Shown here one piece after another: positions 61,570 to 64,000 of a stretch of 64,000 bases of DNA. Location of the stretch: assembly GCA_051294375.1 (NCBI GenBank), contig CM119271.1, positions 2,246,677 to 2,310,676 of the forward strand, in the 5' to 3' direction. This DNA is from Paraspadella gotoi (lineage: Eukaryota > Animalia > Chaetognatha). The first letter of the stretch is position 1, and each line of letters opens with the position of its first letter. The notes under the pieces are model-generated. The model did no database searches. It saw nothing but the letters and a program-made list of their open reading frames with translations, and was not told the DNA's origin. The position numbers and the translations under genes were made by a program.

Positions 61570-62537
61570 TCATACAATCTCGTCGAACCCTTCCAACCGA
61601 TCCGTGACGATCCTCAACAACCTGTCCCGGTTCTCCTCTTGAAGCAAATAAAAATGTCCCCCGGGAAAGGAGAAATTCTCGAACTCCCTCGACGTCGTGA
61701 GTTCTCTGAAAGAGTCTTGATCGTGGGGGTTGTCCGCTTCGCCGTCGAGGCAGACGATCGGACAGGCCAGCCTCAGTTGGGTGAGGTCGTGATCGAAGGA
61801 ATAGGATTCGACGACGCCCAAGTCGCCGCGGAGAGCGCGGAGGTGGATGCGAAGGAATTCGTCGTTGTCGAGGATCTCTTTGGGTGTGCCGCCTTGGCCG
61901 ATCAACCAGGCCTTCAGGTCCGAGTCGCTCATTCCACTGTAGTTTCTAAAGATCGAGGAGTGGAAATCATTTTTGGAATTAGGATACTTGGTCATTGAAC
62001 AATTTGTAAGATTCCTTCAAATTTTCCAAGCCCCCAACCTCGTATTGAGATATTCCCTAAACTTTGGCGAGTTGGGCGCCGAGGCGCCGGAGACGAAAAG
62101 ATGGTCGGGTTCCAGTTTATGGCGCCGTTTTAAATACAACGCCGTCTCGACCGCTATGATTGAACCGAGAGAGTGACCGAAGAACGCTACGCGGCACCCG
62201 TCGAAGAAACCGCGCGAAACGATTCCTTGAAAGTTATGATGCGATCCGTTGAAAATTTATAAAGTGAGATTTGTTAATAGTATCCCCTACCATCTCCCTT
62301 TTACTCACCCTCCGCCACCTCCTCCACCAACTCGGCCCTCTCCGCGTAGTAGTCTTCCCCGAACCGATTTTCTCGCCCGCGGAGTCGAACGGCGAGGACT
62401 TCGAGGAATTCGGGCACGAGGCGGCCCCACCTCGCGTAGGCCGCCGTCCCGCCGCCGCTCCACGGGAAACAGATGAGGCGGCAAGTGGCGGCAGAGCCGC
62501 GCCGCGCTAGGCAACTGAATAAGGCTTCGTTGGACAT
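61570..62537 (-). CDS. OLAH: Type II thioesterase (S-acyl fatty acid synthase thioesterase, medium chain)
   Basis: [28 protein letters not shown] nucleophile motif, LFVSGASAP and FPGGHFYL. Confidence 0.88.
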
Positions 62538-63073
62538 TATGGATTTCGTCAGTTGCTGACGGCAAGTTTTATTTATATTTATATTTTTTTATTTTATTAA
62601 ATACCAAACTCAAGTGTTTGTTTGTTTATATGTTTACTTGAAGTACCAACGTTTTTCTTCTTATCTTATCTTAAAAAAAGACGTCGATAATATCGGTGAC
62701 GTCTTTTTTTTTTTACATTTCGCTTTAGAAAAAAAAATCGAAGCAAAAAACATTTTTAAGTTAATTCGTCTTCGAATTAAAAATAAATAAAGAATAAAGT
62801 TGCAAAAAAATGTCGAGTATGTAACTGAGGAATACAACTAATAACTACAACGATGTGGAAAGACGAGAGAGCGGACAAAAAAATTAACAGCACTTTTTTT
62901 TTAGGAGAATGTATTAACGCCGATGAGATCATTGGAAATGTAATTTAAAAACTAGGGGAGAAAAAGGGTGGTGTTAAAGAGGTTAAGATCGATAACGTTT
63001 TTAAGAAGTCCAGGAAAATAAATAAAGCAAGTCATTTCATGTCACATTTATTTTTACGTCTAACTTCCGTCGT

Positions 63074-64000
63074 TCAGCTTTTCCCTTTGCGACTCTTCGG
63101 CCTGACCGCTTGGTTCTCCTCGATAGCGCCCTCTTCGACGGGCGCCGGCGCCGTCGGAAGATCCTCGGGCGTCACCCCTTGGGCCGACAGTTCCATCAGT
63201 ACGTTGTCCAAGTAGTTGGAATCGGGGTAGCCGTGGCCGGTCCGGTTCGAGCCCCACTCGGTCTTGTGGTGGATCTCGTTCCAAGTGACGGTGTTGTCGA
63301 CGCCCGTGGTGGCGGACACGCCCACCGTGAAGGTCAAGCGACGCTCCCAGGAGAGGACGAGAAGTTTAAGGACGAGGCGCCCCTTGGCGTTGTTCGGGAG
63401 ATAACACTCGCGAGGGAAGCCGGTGGCTGTAAAAAGAGGGATTTAATTGTCGGTTCCTTGGTTTTTAGGCGATTAATATTAATATTAATATTAAAATAAT
63501 TGTTTCTTATCTTTTATTCTACGAATCGCGAGTGCGGGATGCAAACCTGCATAAGGCGTTCCTGGATTGGGATGCTCGGGACCCTGTATCCCCGGTTTAA
63601 TGTGGTAAACTATCGTGATTGTCCCATCGGAATCGTCGAAACTGAAAATAAGGGTGAATATCTAAAAATGATATTCTATGGTATAAGAACAACAACCCCT
63701 TCAGGCTCACCCGGGCACCGGATGCTTGGGATCAAGCCAGTAGTCCATGAATCCGAGCGGGCAATTGCCCCGCTTCTCTCCGTGGATGGTCTTGCAGGAT
63801 GGGCACTGGAGACTGGCGTCGAGGGTCCCGCTGCGGTACATTGCCACGAGGCATGCGCGGTGGAAGGCGTGACCGCATTTGGACAGACGGCTGACGGTCT
63901 CCCCGTCGAAGTCGTCCGAGAAGGACGAGAGAGACGCCAGGCGTTCCATGCAGATTGAGCATTCCGACTAAAGAGTGATAGGGCAAAAAAATTGAAGATA
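63074..64000 (-). CDS. DTX: Deltex E3 ubiquitin ligase, 3' part (RING-H2 and DTC domain)
   Basis: [55 protein letters not shown] and [25 protein letters not shown]. Confidence 0.94.

Noticed and set aside
40192-62537. Lipid or secondary-metabolite gene cluster (MVD, LYPLA, OLAH), or bacterial origin of OLAH
   Set aside because: The genes are interspersed with unrelated ones, there is no FAS/PKS/NRPS in the window, and OLAH has spliceosomal introns and known animal homologues.
63500-63640. Apparent GC-rich insertion in a Deltex intron
   Set aside because: It is a Deltex exon ([23 protein letters not shown]).
69-63958. Numerous plus-strand ORFs in the ORF track
   Set aside because: They are antisense shadows of GC-rich minus-strand exons or low-complexity sequence, with no recognisable domains.

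Overview
This window is gene-dense animal (invertebrate-like) nuclear DNA. Exons are GC/CpG-rich, and introns and spacers are short and AT-rich. I can support 21 consecutive protein-coding genes, all on the minus strand. In transcription order they are Deltex, OLAH, ZC3H10, BLOC1S6, ELAV/Sxl-like, LYPLA, an unknown gene, CWF19L1, TPD52, MVD, PHF12, NDUFB11, a second unknown gene, SSUH2, C18orf21/Rpp21-like, TUBGCP4, FAM122, SDS, a CEP290-C-terminus-like gene, REXO2 and ATR. Most stop-to-ATG spacers are about 100-670 bp, and several carry unpaired splice acceptors and A-rich leaders. This suggests a very large polycistronic, SL-trans-spliced operon array (inference). The only plus-strand gene is a calponin-homology gene nested in an ATR intron. 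Introns hold a Tc1-type MITE, a complete miniature LTR element (TRIM) and several solo LTRs. Several of these LTRs carry tRNA-type Pol III A/B boxes. There are a few reading-frame disruptions (assembly error or recoding) and a 10-N scaffold gap. Gene identities come from recalled family motifs rather than database searches, exon boundaries were read by eye, and the species cannot be determined.
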